64,000 nt of DNA from the human T2T-CHM13v2.0 reference genome, Homo sapiens: NCBI RefSeq assembly GCF_009914755.1, contig NC_060941.1; one strand, given 5' to 3'. The notes under the pieces are model-generated. The model saw only the letters and a list, made by a program, of their open reading frames with translations, did no database searches and was not told the origin of the DNA. Positions 1-43,534 of the stretch are shown here, piece by piece (position 1 is the first letter of the stretch; each line of letters starts with the position of its first letter). The position numbers were made by a program, and so were the translations under genes.

Positions 1-4995
<4,995 letters not shown>

Positions 4996-6175
4996 CTGGA
5001 TCCCAGGCCTGCCCTTCACCCAGGCCCCGTCCCCGAGGCCGACCCCCAGCTCAAGCGCTGGGGCCTGCTGCCAGCCCTCCACCTTCCCCACCCCTTGGGC
5101 CATCACTGGGCTAGGAACCCCTTTGCCCCTCTCTGCAGCTCCTCTCTTCAAGAAGGGCCCTTTGTCTTTCTCCACTCCCACACACCTTTCCCACCAAGCC
5201 TTGAAGACTGTGCTGGTGAGAAGAAGTCTGGGTGGGAGATGGCTGGCAGGGTCTTCCAAGTACCTTCCTCCCACACTGCCAAGTATACACAACTTCCCAG
5301 TAAATGGTTGTGGGGAGGAAAGAGGTGGAGCCTCCCCAGCCGTTTCCCTGCAGAATCAGCTCTGTCTCATGTGGAAGTGGAGAATCAGCCTTGCCTGGCC
5401 TTTAGGAACTTTTGTGGGGAAGAGAGCTTTGAAGAGAGGAGGGGGACTTTAGAGAGGGATGAAAATGAGCCCTGGGAGGGAGGAAGGGACGAGGAGGGGT
5501 GGCTGCATGTTACCGTCCCCTACCTCTCCCCACGTGGAGGGTGGAGCAGTTATGAGGGAGGAAGTCAACTGCTGTTCAGCCTCAGAATAAAGGTGCCGTT
5601 CACTGGCTCAGTTACCTCCTGTGTACCGGCATCTTGTGTTGGGAATGTTCCCCCCTCCCTAGGGACCAAGGACCACCCCTACAAAAAGAGTAATGGTTGG
5701 GTGATACTCCCTCAAGCCAAAGAGGAGCTCCCCAACCTGTTCTAGGGACCCAGGTAACCTAGAAGGGTGGGAGAGAATACAATGGGCCAGATGTGGTGGA
5801 AGCCCAGCTCTGGGGCTCAGGTTCCTGGAAGACTTCTACTACCCTCCCTCCTCAAGGCCTGGATACAGACTAAATTTGTATAAGTCAGGCAGGGGACCTA
5901 GTCAGGGTCTTGGGAGCTACCTTGTCGTTGGGACCAGAGCAAAATAGTGGAGGGCAGGCTAGGGAAATGTGGGCACATCCCCCCTCCCAGGAGGGGCCGG
6001 GGAGAGTGGCAGTTTGCATGGCGAACCCCCCACTTCCTCTTTGCTGCCCCTTCACTTTCTTGCTGCCCCTTTCCCAGTCTCTCTTCACACCCACTCCTGG
6101 TCTGTCCTGATCCCCTCTTCTGTATCAGGTTTATTGGTTGTACATATAAATTATACTTTCCTTTCTGTGTGCTCT
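4996..6175 (+). terminator. CHD3 3' UTR with proximal AATAAA and distal TATAAA poly(A) signals
   Basis: AATAAA at 5586-5591. TATAAA at 6145-6150 is preceded by TGTA motifs (6121, 6139) and followed by U/GU-rich sequence. The exact end is inferred. Confidence 0.7.
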
Positions 6176-6660
6176 GTTATTTTTTATGGGGGGGGGAGTT
6201 TTTGGGGGGAGGGATAAGAAAGGTTGTTGCTTTCTGCCTTTTCTTTTTAAAAAAATCCTACAACTTTTTCCTTTTCCTCATTTTTATCTCTTAGATTATT
6301 CACTAAAACTGAGGTTCTTCCAGCCCCAGCTATGTCATGGCCTCTGTAGAGAAGGAGGGTGAGCAGCAGATACCTACGTAGCCTCAGGTTGACTTCAGAG
6401 AGAGTGGGACTTACTGGACAGAAATGTAGTGGGAGGAGCGCCTATCAAGATTCAAAACTGCCTTCCAGCCATCCTTTTGATCATCCTTTCCACCTTCAAG
6501 TTGCTTAGTTCCCCTAAGAGTCAGTAGAGGTCACTACAGCTCCACAGGTTCAGCTCCAGTATGAAGCAAAGGCACACTTTTTTTTTTTTTTTTTTAAGGC
6601 GTTGAGGGTCAGATCTGTCTAGCTTACCAAAGATTTGAACTGCTAGGCACTTCCTTGATG

Positions 6661-6767
6661 TTTATTGTTCACTAAACAGAGCCTCTGAGAGATTGAGAGA
6701 GGCCAGACACTTAGTTCACAAGGCTATTATATTAAAAAATAAGAGATAAAGCCAACAAATATTTATT
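6661..6767 (-). terminator. Candidate RNF227 poly(A) signals
   Basis: TTTATT on + (AATAAA on -) at 6661-6666 and 6762-6767, about 2.2 kb downstream of the RNF227 stop. Confidence 0.6.
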
Positions 6768-7217
6768 GAGTACATACTATACAGTAACACTGCTGTTGGC
6801 CCTGGAGATAAAACAGTCACAGGTCAGCCCTTGCTCCCATAGGGCTTACACTCCAGTGGGGACACCCACAAAGCATGAAAATAAAAGCAGTAAAAATAAA
6901 ACAGGGCATTATGTTACAGAGGGGTGGGGGAAAAGGCTCTACTATGTTGAAGGCAGAAAAAGGCCTCCCAAAAGAGGGAGCATTTAAGCTGAGATGTAAG
7001 GACAGGAAAATGCCAAAATAGGGTTACAAAAATTGAGGTTTATACCCCCATAAGTGTATAATTATGATTTGTCAATCAAAAATATTTATATTTTAAAAAG
7101 ATTGGAGGCCTCTAAAAAATTGAGGTTAATAATAAGTTCACATTTTTAACTAAGAGAAAAATGTTACATAGTAGGTTAGGATTTCTTTAGCAATAGAATG
7201 TTACTTTAGAACTTTGG

Positions 7218-7540
<323 letters not shown>

Positions 7541-7602
7541 TCATACCTATTATGCTTTAAATATTCTACCTACAGATGGTGATATCCTAAAGAGTGTAGG
7601 AT

Positions 7603-8085
<483 letters not shown>

Positions 8086-8929
8086 GGTCATAAGATACAG
8101 GATTCTAAAATAGAATACATGGCATATATACAACAGGTGATGTCCCATTATGGGACACAAATTTTAAAGACACTTAAAATTGTATAAGTATCTTTTCAGT
8201 AGCGCTAGTGTGTTCCCGTGACTGTAAAGATAACACAGATAATAGCAAAAGTTTGAAATATGATGCCTTTCAAATGGCTCTCCCTTCCTACTTTGATAGG
8301 CTCTAATTAGGTGCCTCACATAAATGCCCTTTGGAATTTCTGATACCTGCCCTAGCAGGTTGAAGGGAGATTCTGAAATGAAGCAAGGCTCCTAATCATA
8401 GTCACAGGCAGGGAGCCATCTCAATTTCTGGAACACAGAACTGGGAGTGGGGAGACAGCAGGCATACCAGCACCCTTACATGCCAGAGAAGTGAGATTAA
8501 CATGACGCGAAAATTAGCCTCTTCTCTCCCGTTCCATCTTAAAAAAAAAAAAAATTCAAACCATTGACAAAGAATTGCTAAAATGGGACCTGTTGCTCCC
8601 ACACACCAGAGCCACCCTGGACAAAAGCCAACGTCCCAGCTAAGAAAACAGTCTGTCTTCTTCCCACGGTAACGTAGGCTTTGTTTATATCATCCCTTGG
8701 CCACTCCATCCTGAAAATGTAAGACTGGCACAGTCAGTAGATGGGGGCGAGTTCGTCTAGGAGCCTCCCCAACTCAGCATCAACACCTCCCAGGGCGTTC
8801 CCTCCTGCCTTCGGCTCATCTCTCTCATCACATGCCAATCCTGGGATCTGAGAGAGAGTAGTCTTGACATCAGCCCCCGCGAGGCTGCAGCTCCCACCTT
8901 CCTTCGGCTGTAGCTTCCGAGTTCCTCGG

Positions 8930-10014
<1,085 letters not shown>

Positions 10015-10519
10015 TCAGTCACTGGCACAAGTCTCTAAAGCCCCCTCCGCCTATTCAGTTGCTCGCAGTTAGTTTCACAATCCCACCCAGTTTCCAAACA
10101 CGGCCCGTTCTGCCCAACCTTTAGTGGTCCCTGGGCCTTTGAATCGATTTTGCCCTCAATTCTCATTATAGATGACCTCTCTGTGTTGTTTGTAAGGCTG
10201 GCTTCCTAAACTTCATTCTCCCCAAACTGCTTAACTCTCAGCTGGTATCTCAGCCTAAGGAGGGACCTAGATTCCAGGACCATGGCTTTAGGAATGCTGG
10301 GAATCCTTTCCTTCCGGAGGCCTGGACACCCACACATCGTGATGGCCCCAGCAAAGCTCCCCAGCATAAGTTCTGACTCAGGGGTCTGACTTCTCCCACT
10401 GGTAAACAGGACATGGTACTCACAACCCACATTCCCCTCATGGTGCCACACCCACACACAGCTGCCTCCTCACCCTCCTCTCCTGGACCTGCAGCCCAGG
10501 TTCTGTTATGGAGGGTGAT

Positions 10520-11014
<495 letters not shown>

Positions 11015-11364
11015 TAGCCAGGATGGTCTCGATCTCCTGACCTGGTGATCCGCCCGCCTCGGCCTCTCAAAGTGCTGGGATTACAGGCGTGAGCCACCGC
11101 GCCCGGCCAGTACCCAACATTTTCAACACCCATCCATCTTGACCAATATGTGCATGATGAGCTTCTCCACACCCATGGCATTTACCAGCTATCACAGGCA
11201 ATGCAAAGCTGGTTTTTAAACCTAAATTGTTAAAACCTAGAGGGTAATCTCTTTTGAGGAGGTATACCATCATTTTTAAGCAAACATTTCAGAACTTTTG
11301 AATGGTATTGTCTGTGATCATGGGAGAAGCTGTCTACTTATTACAGTGATGCTGTCACAATTCA

Positions 11365-11813
<449 letters not shown>

Positions 11814-11816
11814 TCA

Positions 11817-13448
<1,632 letters not shown>

Positions 13449-15625
13449 AGGGTTTCCTACTGTTTTTTTTTCCCTGTATGATAAATATATTTTTTGAGAC
13501 AGGAGCTTGCTCTGAGCATCAGGCTGGAGTGTAGTGGCATAATCTTGGCTCACTACAGCCTTGATCTCTCAGACTCAAGCCACCTACCTACCTCAGGCTC
13601 CGAGTAGCTGGGACTACACAGGTATGAGCTACCATGCTCAGCTAATTCTTGTATTTTTGTAGAGATGGGGTCTCCCCATGTTGTCCAGGCTGGTCTTGAA
13701 CCCCTGGGCTCAAGTGATCCCACCTGCCTTGGCCTCCCAAAGTGCTTGGATTACAGGTGTGAGCCACTGCGCCCAGCCTAGATAAATATAACATTGTAAT
13801 GTGCCCTGTAAGTCCCTGTGTGTTCTGAACTTACCCCTTCCTTCCTTCCTTCCTTCCTTCCTTCCAGACAGAGTCTTGCTCCGTCGCCCAGGCTGGAATG
13901 CAGTGGTGCAATCTCAGCTCATTGCAACCTCTGCCTCCTGGGCTCAAGTGATTCTCCTGCCTCAGCCTTCTGAGTAGCTGGGACTACAGGTGGGTGTCAC
14001 CATGCCTGGCTAATTTTTATTTTTATTTTTATTTTTTATTTTTAGTAGAGATAGGTTTTCGCCATGTTGGCCAGGCTGGTCTCAAACTCCTGACCTCAAG
14101 TGATCCACCAGCCTCAGCCTCCCAAAGTACTGGGATTACAGGCGTGAGCCACCGCACCCAGCCATTACCCATGTCTCACTTTCTGTTCTGTTCCTCTCTA
14201 GACACTCTGGCTTTGGGTACTTTTGGCTTGTATGTTCTTTTCTGCCACAGGCCTTAGCATATGCTCTTAACCCTCTTGCTTAACCCTTATTAACACCTAT
14301 TCATGCTTCAGCTCTCAGCGTAACCTCACCATGTCAAATAACCACTACAGACTCAGTAATACCATGTGCTTTCCTCTGGACTTTGGACAAGAAGTTTGTA
14401 TTTATTTGGTGGTTCTGTGATTGTCTCTCTCCTCAGCAAGATATATGAAGGTTCTGAGTCTGGTTTTGTTCACCCTTGTATCCCTGTGCTATACCATAAT
14501 AGGACTCAATAGACAAATACTTGCTAAATTAATGAATGAGGTGGGTGATAAATATGGCAAATGTCCATATACAAAGGAGGCGTGACAATAAAGGAAGGCT
14601 TTTTTTTTGTTTTTTTTTTTTTAAATCAAGGCGTTTCCAAACTCTCTCTGAAGGTAATTCTAGGAGGAATGGTGTTTGTTTGTTTTTAATATTTTGAGCA
14701 ATGGGACAGGTTCATTAAAATAAGTGTATAACCCTCTAAGATAACTATTTAAGGAGAATCCTATTTGGGATTGATAAATTCTCGTATGTTACAGAATAAC
14801 TAATCATAGTTTAGTAATATATTTTACTTCTTTGTTTCCTCCACAGTCTTGCAAAATGAGTGGGAGATGATGGGGTGGATTTAAGTATTAATTAGTTGAT
14901 GCAGTTGGCTGCTAATCCAGTAAATGGCATGCTGCTGACTTTTCTCTTTTGGAAATTGGTTTTACTTTGCTTGCCCAGCTTTTGGATCAAGGCGGGATGA
15001 GGACGGGTAGAAGGGAGATGGGCAGGTTGTATTTAAGGAAGGCAGAGCTCATCCTCCTCTACCTTGTGATCTTTAAGGTTGTAACTTTCCACCCAATTCT
15101 GTTCCAGTGAAATGATAACATCTTTCCTTCTCTCTGTATTCCCTCAACCTCAGACCATTCTTCACTTTACCTGTCCACCAAATCACAAAGCCTCAACCTC
15201 AGAACAGCATCTCCCCCTCAGCCACAGGTTCCTTGGCATATGTGTGGGTGTCCAGCGAGAGAGAAATGAGAAGTACAAGGAACAAGTATGGCTAATATTA
15301 CTTTAAATACAAACAAATAAAGGCAGATAGCTAAGTCTTTCATAGAAAGAGGAGGAACAAAATTATGAAGCCAGATTTCTGGGTTCTAAGGAATGTGGTA
15401 GCTGAAGGAAGAAAACTGGGGCCTGGGGTATCTGGTGTCTTGGTCCTTGATGAGAACAGTGACTAGGAGCCCGATGCCTGGGTCACCAAGGTGAATGAGC
15501 AATGGAGAGAAAGCTAATGCTAGCAGATTTCTAATGTTAGGGGGCGAGAGGGCCAGACAAGTGAGACTGTGACCCTAACCTCCCAAGCCCCTGCAACTTT
15601 AGACACTGTGAGGATCAAGCTGAGG

Positions 15626-15780
15626 TTTATTTACAGTTACCTGGGAAGTCTTACAGAGAAGGGGCCATCATTATTGCTTTAGGGTTATTGCCAGGAGGAA
15701 GACTGCAGTTCCCCACTGCCAGGTAGGAGGCCCTGCTCAAGGCTCAAAAGTCTATACCCAGACGTTTTATTTATTTATTT
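15626..15780 (-). terminator. Candidate KCNAB3 poly(A) signals
   Basis: AATAAA on - at 15626-15631 and overlapping copies at 15766-15780, 0.75-0.9 kb past the stop. The true end could lie further down. Confidence 0.45.
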
Positions 15781-16529
15781 TTTTTAAATCAAGGCGTCCC
15801 TGCCCGTGACGGAAAGGCTGTCACTAATTCCTGCCAAGAACAGCCCAACTGTTTTCCAAGGACCACCCCGGCCACTTTCACCAGACTGCAGCGTAGATGT
15901 GCTATTACATTTCCCTCTACCTTTGTCAGTGCTGTGCCACTGTAGACCCCACCCTGACCGCCCTCCTCCACCTCTGGGCTGGGAGGCAGGGTCCTGGTTT
16001 CCCAAAGATTATCATTTACTTCCTGCCAGGACCAGCCTGGCTTCCTTCGTACCGAATACGCTAAGAGCCCCATTTCCTATGTTCCAGATGACATCACAAC
16101 TCACTCACTAGGTTATTACCCTTTGATGACATTTCAAGGGCCCCTTTTGAGGTACACTGTATGTTTCTTGTATGTGCTGGGTTTTTGTTTTTGTTTTCTT
16201 TTCTGGGCCTCGGGAATAAGGGGAGGAGAGTAGGGAGCGAGACGAAGTGGCAGAGAGCCGACGGCGAGTAGCTCATGCCCGGGATTTGCAAGAAGGGCCT
16301 AGAAAGACGCAGCAGGGGGCGGGCGTGCTACTTTCTCTCTCGACCCCACTGCAAAAGGATATGGCTTTGTTCATGCGTATCACTACTCGAAGCCGGGACT
16401 CGTTGGTGGGCGGGGCTAGTCTGGCTCCGGCCGCTGCGTGGAGGGATCCGGAGCGGGAGAGGCGGCTGCGAGGAGCGGGGCTCGGGCGGGTGCAGCGACA
16501 CCGGGTTGGGTCCCTGCGCCCGCGACAGA

Positions 16530-22863
<6,334 letters not shown>

Positions 22864-23467
22864 GCTGGCTGGCCGGGGCGGGGGAGGGGGCTCCGAGGGG
22901 ACGGGAGGGGGGAGCAGGGAAGCCCGAGGGCTGACGACCGGGGGCGTAGTGGGGCGAACCCCGGCAGAGCGGGAAGGCTGAGGAGGCTGCGGCGGGAGCC
23001 GCCAGGCAGGATCGGGCCCGCGGGGGCGGGCTGCTGGAGGTCGCGAGGTTTGCGGCGGGAGGGAAGAAACGTGGGGGGCGCCAGGAGTGGAGATATTCAG
23101 TTACGGGGGACACAGGAGCAAGGATTAGGAGGGGGAAATGGATGAGGGTAAAGGTCGAGGATGAGGTAAAGGTCTCGGAGGATAAGGACCCAGGGGGAAG
23201 CGGGGCGGGAGAGAGATGCCACTTCAGCGCGAACCGCTGCGGGACCCGCTGGGCTCCCAGCCGCGTCGGCAGCGGGCCCAGCTCATCAGCATGCAGGCAC
23301 CGCCTCCTCATCTGCATAGAGCCGCCCTCCTCCCAGCCAAACCTGCCGCTCATCTGCATAAGCCCCGCCTGCTGAAGGCTCTGCAGCTTAAATATTTTCT
23401 GAGCGGAATTGGGGAGGATGGCTCCTGCACCCTCTGGGACCCAAGGGCTGTCAGGCTTCCCCCGGCC

Positions 23468-23667
23468 CAGTGATTCTCAATCGGGAGGGAATGTATCTCC
23501 CAGCGTACTTTCGGCAAGGTTTGGAGATATTTTTGATTTCATGCCTGTGCTATCAGCATCTAGTGGGTGGTGGCCAGGGATGCTAAAATCCTACAAAGCA
23601 CAGGACGGTCCCCACAATAAAGAATTATCCAGCTCAAAGCATCAATATTCCCACGGTTGAGAAACCC
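23468..23667. mobile_element. MER20 hAT MITE
   Basis: CAGTGATTCTCAA...CTAGTGGGTGTGGCCAGGGATGCTAAAATCCTACAAAGCACAGGACGGTCCCCACAATAAAGAATTATCCAGCTCAAA...GGTTGAGAAACCC matches the MER20 layout and termini. Confidence 0.85.
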
Positions 23668-23791
23668 ATCCGCAAAGCCACTTCGTGGCCCTCCAGGGGG
23701 TGTGGCTGCCCTACTTTCCACCTTCATGCGTGGGGCAGGACTGAGAGGGCCCTCAAACCAACACGCTCAGGCCGCAGAGAGTGACAAAAAG

Positions 23792-23797
23792 TTTATT
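23792..23797 (-). terminator. TRAPPC1 poly(A) signal
   Basis: AATAAA on -, ~240 nt after the stop, followed on - by a T/G-rich tract. Confidence 0.85.
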
Positions 23798-24033
23798 CTG
23801 TGCTTCTCGCAGCATTAGGCAGGGGATAAAACTGGAGAGAGGGCCTGGTGTGGAGGTGGAGGGACTCTGTGGGCTTCACTCTGGTAGGAGGAGAGCATCA
23901 GGGCAGGCCTTTAGGCTGTTGCTCTGGGCAGGGGGTGGGGGTGCGGGGGCTTACAGTGGGGGCCCTTAGTTGGCACAGGTTCGGAAGGGCCCCAGGCAGA
24001 CATGAATTCTCCTGAGACTTGAGGTAGGTTGCT

Positions 24034-25257
24034 TCAGCCAGCCCGGGCGGAGAAGAAGGGCAGAGAGCGAACATAGGAGTCCAGTCGGGAGCGAAAGAGC
24101 TCACTTTGCACAGTTTGGCCCAGCGGGCACAGGGGATTCTTCACCACCAGCTCCACATACAGCTATGGAAAGGGAAGATGTTAGAGCCAGGCTTTGGATA
24201 CTTCTGGTTTTTAGCCCCAAACCTTGTATAACCTCAGGGGTGTGTGAATGCACAAGGAATAAGGGCTGGAAGGCAAGCCCTCTCTGAGGAGAAAGTGGTG
24301 GTGGGAGTTAAGAACCTAAGGGCCCCTGAGAAAACTCTTGAGTTGAGCAAACATATAGTAGGATTGGGGCAGGGGAGATGAGGGAGTCTTGGGGTTCTGA
24401 AGAGCTCTGGGGGATGGGTCCCTGGGGCTGGCACTGACCGCACTGTAGATGTGGTGCAGCACATCTCGGATGGGTCCCACGCCCAAGTCAGTATTCATGA
24501 CAACTTTGATCCCAGTGGGCGTCTCGTAGTAATGGAGTTTGTAACGGCTAGTTTGGAAGGCCAGGAAGCCATCCTTCCTGCAGAGATGAGGAGGGTGTTA
24601 AAGAATGGGAGCAGAATCTCTCCCAAAGAGACACTTCTGATCCCCGCAAACATCGACTCCCTCTTTATCTAAACATATCCTTTGTAGAAGCCTGGTTGAG
24701 TAAAGACATCGCCCATCGTCACCCCTCAATTTAGCCCCCACCAACTTCTCTACTTTCAGACCCTCCCCACCCCCACTCCTGCCAGCTCCAGCACTCTCGC
24801 TCCGGACTCAGCCTCTCTTAAGTACCCTTTCCCCCCTCTGGAGGCCAATGCTCCTTCCACTTCAGAAAGTTTCCCCCATCCCCAAATTCCCAAGGCTAGC
24901 CCTCCTCCCAACATCTTCTCTGACTCCGCGTACATGTCTAGCGGGGACATCTTGCTGACAAACGAGCGGATAGAGAAGAGCATCCCGTACATCAGCTTAT
25001 ACTCCTGGAGGGAGAGGGGCAGAGTTAGCTCTCGGTTGATGCGGGAGATGGGGTGGGGGGTGGGAACGAGCTGGGGTTTGGAGAGGAGGGGCTGGGTTGG
25101 GACTATAGGTGTTTGGAGATGAGAGGTCGCCCGGGCTGCACCGGGGCCCTCTCGTCACCTCCTCCTTGGGAATCCCTGCTTGCTTCTTGCGGTGCCATTC
25201 GCTGTAGTGCAGACACACTCCATTCCGGTCAAACAGGTACAGGTTGTGGACAGTCAT
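24034..25257 (-). CDS. TRAPPC1: Trafficking protein particle complex subunit 1 (BET5 homolog), 145 aa
   Basis: Exons on -: 25257-25159, 25004-24934, 24577-24439, 24162-24034. 438 nt = 145 aa + TGA. [87 protein letters not shown]...LYVELVVKNPLCPLGQTVQSELFRSRLDSYVRSLPFFSARAG*. Confidence 0.98.
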
Positions 25258-25379
25258 CTGCAGGGCAGGGAGTGTGAGCCTCGCTCCGGGGCCGCCCCCA
25301 CTCCTTGGGCTCGGGTTCCCGGACCCACAGCCTTCCAACCAGGTGGGGACCCCACCCACGGACTCACCGGAACTGCTCC

Positions 25380-25640
25380 GAGTGCCCGTCAAGAGTTACT
25401 TCCGGTTTCCACGGAGCTCCGCCCCTTAGGGGGGTTCTCGCCCGGCCGCGGCTGGGCATTAACTCCGCTCCAGTGCTGCTTGTCAGACTCCGCCTCCCTC
25501 CCTCAGCCAATCTGTGGCCACCGGAGCCGCGCACGCGCGGCCAGGCGCTCGGGATACAGAAGTGATGTGAGTGTCTGCGAGCGTGGTCTCGCGGGCGGGT
25601 GACGTCATCGAGGCGAGAGAGGCGGAGCCGTGGACAGTGG
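25380..25640. promoter_or_regulatory. Bidirectional CpG-island promoter shared by TRAPPC1 and CNTROB
   Basis: ETS site ACTTCCGGT 25398-25406, GC box 25417-25425, CCAAT 25507-25511, NRF1-like GCGCACGCGC 25529-25538, TCTCGCG 25587-25593, perfect CRE TGACGTCA 25600-25607. Lies between divergent ATGs at 25257 and 26502. Confidence 0.85.
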
Positions 25641-26501
25641 GCGGGAGGCTGCCAACGGTTTTGAGCGTAGGGGGAGGCGTGAGAGGGGGATCTCAGGGGA
25701 GGAGGTCAATCGCTTGCCCCCCACTTTGGCAAATTGGGGACTGAGGACTGGAAGGGTGGAGAGTAGGCAGAACCAGGTGGTCGTCGGGGCAGAGGATCTC
25801 GGGCTAGGCTTGAGGGCGGCGTGCTTCTTAGGGACGACTTAGGGCGTGACTGAGGGTTCACAAGGTTTCTTTTGGGGTGGTCGGGAGGGAGAGATTCTAG
25901 GGAACAAGGAAGCTCGCTATGGCTTTCTTGCCAGGAGGGGTCGAAGGGAAAGTACAAGGGAGCTGACCCTGGGTAGAACGGGTGAAGGGATGGGGGAGCG
26001 TGAGGTTCCGCCCTCTCTTGAGACTGGAACCAATTGAGGGACTAGTAGGGCAGGGGGACAGAAATTGGGCTCCTAGTGGATTTGGGTCCGTTTCCGTTGG
26101 GACGTTTTGGGTGTGAGAACTTAAGAGCTCAGTTGACCGGGGATAGCCTGTGCCGGAGTTGATCTGCAGCTTCCAGCACTCGTAGTCGGGAAGAGGAGCT
26201 TCAGCAGCGCTGTTGTCCCACAGTAGGTCTTCTGTCCGCACCCGCTCTGCGCTGCACCCTCTTAACGCTGTTCCCAGGAGCTGGGGAAAGGGATGCTTTT
26301 GCCCACTCCCATGGCCCCTGGAACTGGTGGAAACCTTTCCTCTAACCAGAAAGCCTCGATATCCTTAATTCACCAAGGATCCTTGGCGTGGAGTCTTCCT
26401 CCCTTCTCCCAAGTCTTTCTCCGTGAACTTTTCCTCCTGGACTTTGCTAAAGCAGAACCTCCCAGCTCTTTGCTGTCTCCGGTTGTCTCTTCCCTGTATT
26501 C

Positions 26502-42928
<16,427 letters not shown>

Positions 42929-42974
42929 GCCCCCCTACCCTCTCTCCTCTTTGTTCTCTCATTGTTGTTATTTT

Positions 42975-42980
42975 AATAAA
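42975..42980 (+). terminator. CNTROB poly(A) signal
   Basis: AATAAA 46 nt after the stop codon, giving a very short 3' UTR. Confidence 0.88.
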
Positions 42981-43534
42981 TGCTCAGTAGTCTGTATCAG
43001 AGTCTCTGGCTCATAGGAATTTGGAAAATAGAGGTTTTGTAGGGAATCACTTCGTAAAGAAACCACATTTGGTTGAGTACTTTTTTTATATGTTACATGT
43101 TTATATGTCATTTCCTGTGGGAAAAGACATGAATGCTTTGGAAGACGGTCTATGACAAGATTTGGAAAGTTGGGGCGGCTAAGATTCAGTGGACAAAGCT
43201 AAAACCTGCAGAGCAATGAACTCTGGGTGGTAGTGGAATTATGGGTGATTCTTAGTTTTTTAATACGTTTCTGTATTTTCCAAATTTTCTAAAACAAGTA
43301 TATGTTACTTTAATAATCAGAAAAGACCCAAACTTTAATAAGAGTAAGTTATTGTATAAAGAGTTTGAGTTAAAATTTGGTTGTTGGGGAGAAAGTTTTC
43401 TAAGGGAAAATAATTCTTTCAGGTTGCATTTGTAGGATTCAGATTGGCAGATTCTGCTCCAGCCAGCAGACATATTGTTGCTATAGTCTTCACGCTTACA
43501 GCTTTAAAACGTGTAAAAGACTAGAGTGCTGGGT

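Noticed and set aside
5095-5745. 216-aa ORF in the CHD3 3' UTR
   Set aside because: No recognisable homology or domain, starts at a non-ATG codon, and spans a poly(A) signal.
23223-23243. REST/RE1 site in the KCNAB3 promoter
   Set aside because: Only the TTCAGC left end matches; the GGACAG half is absent.
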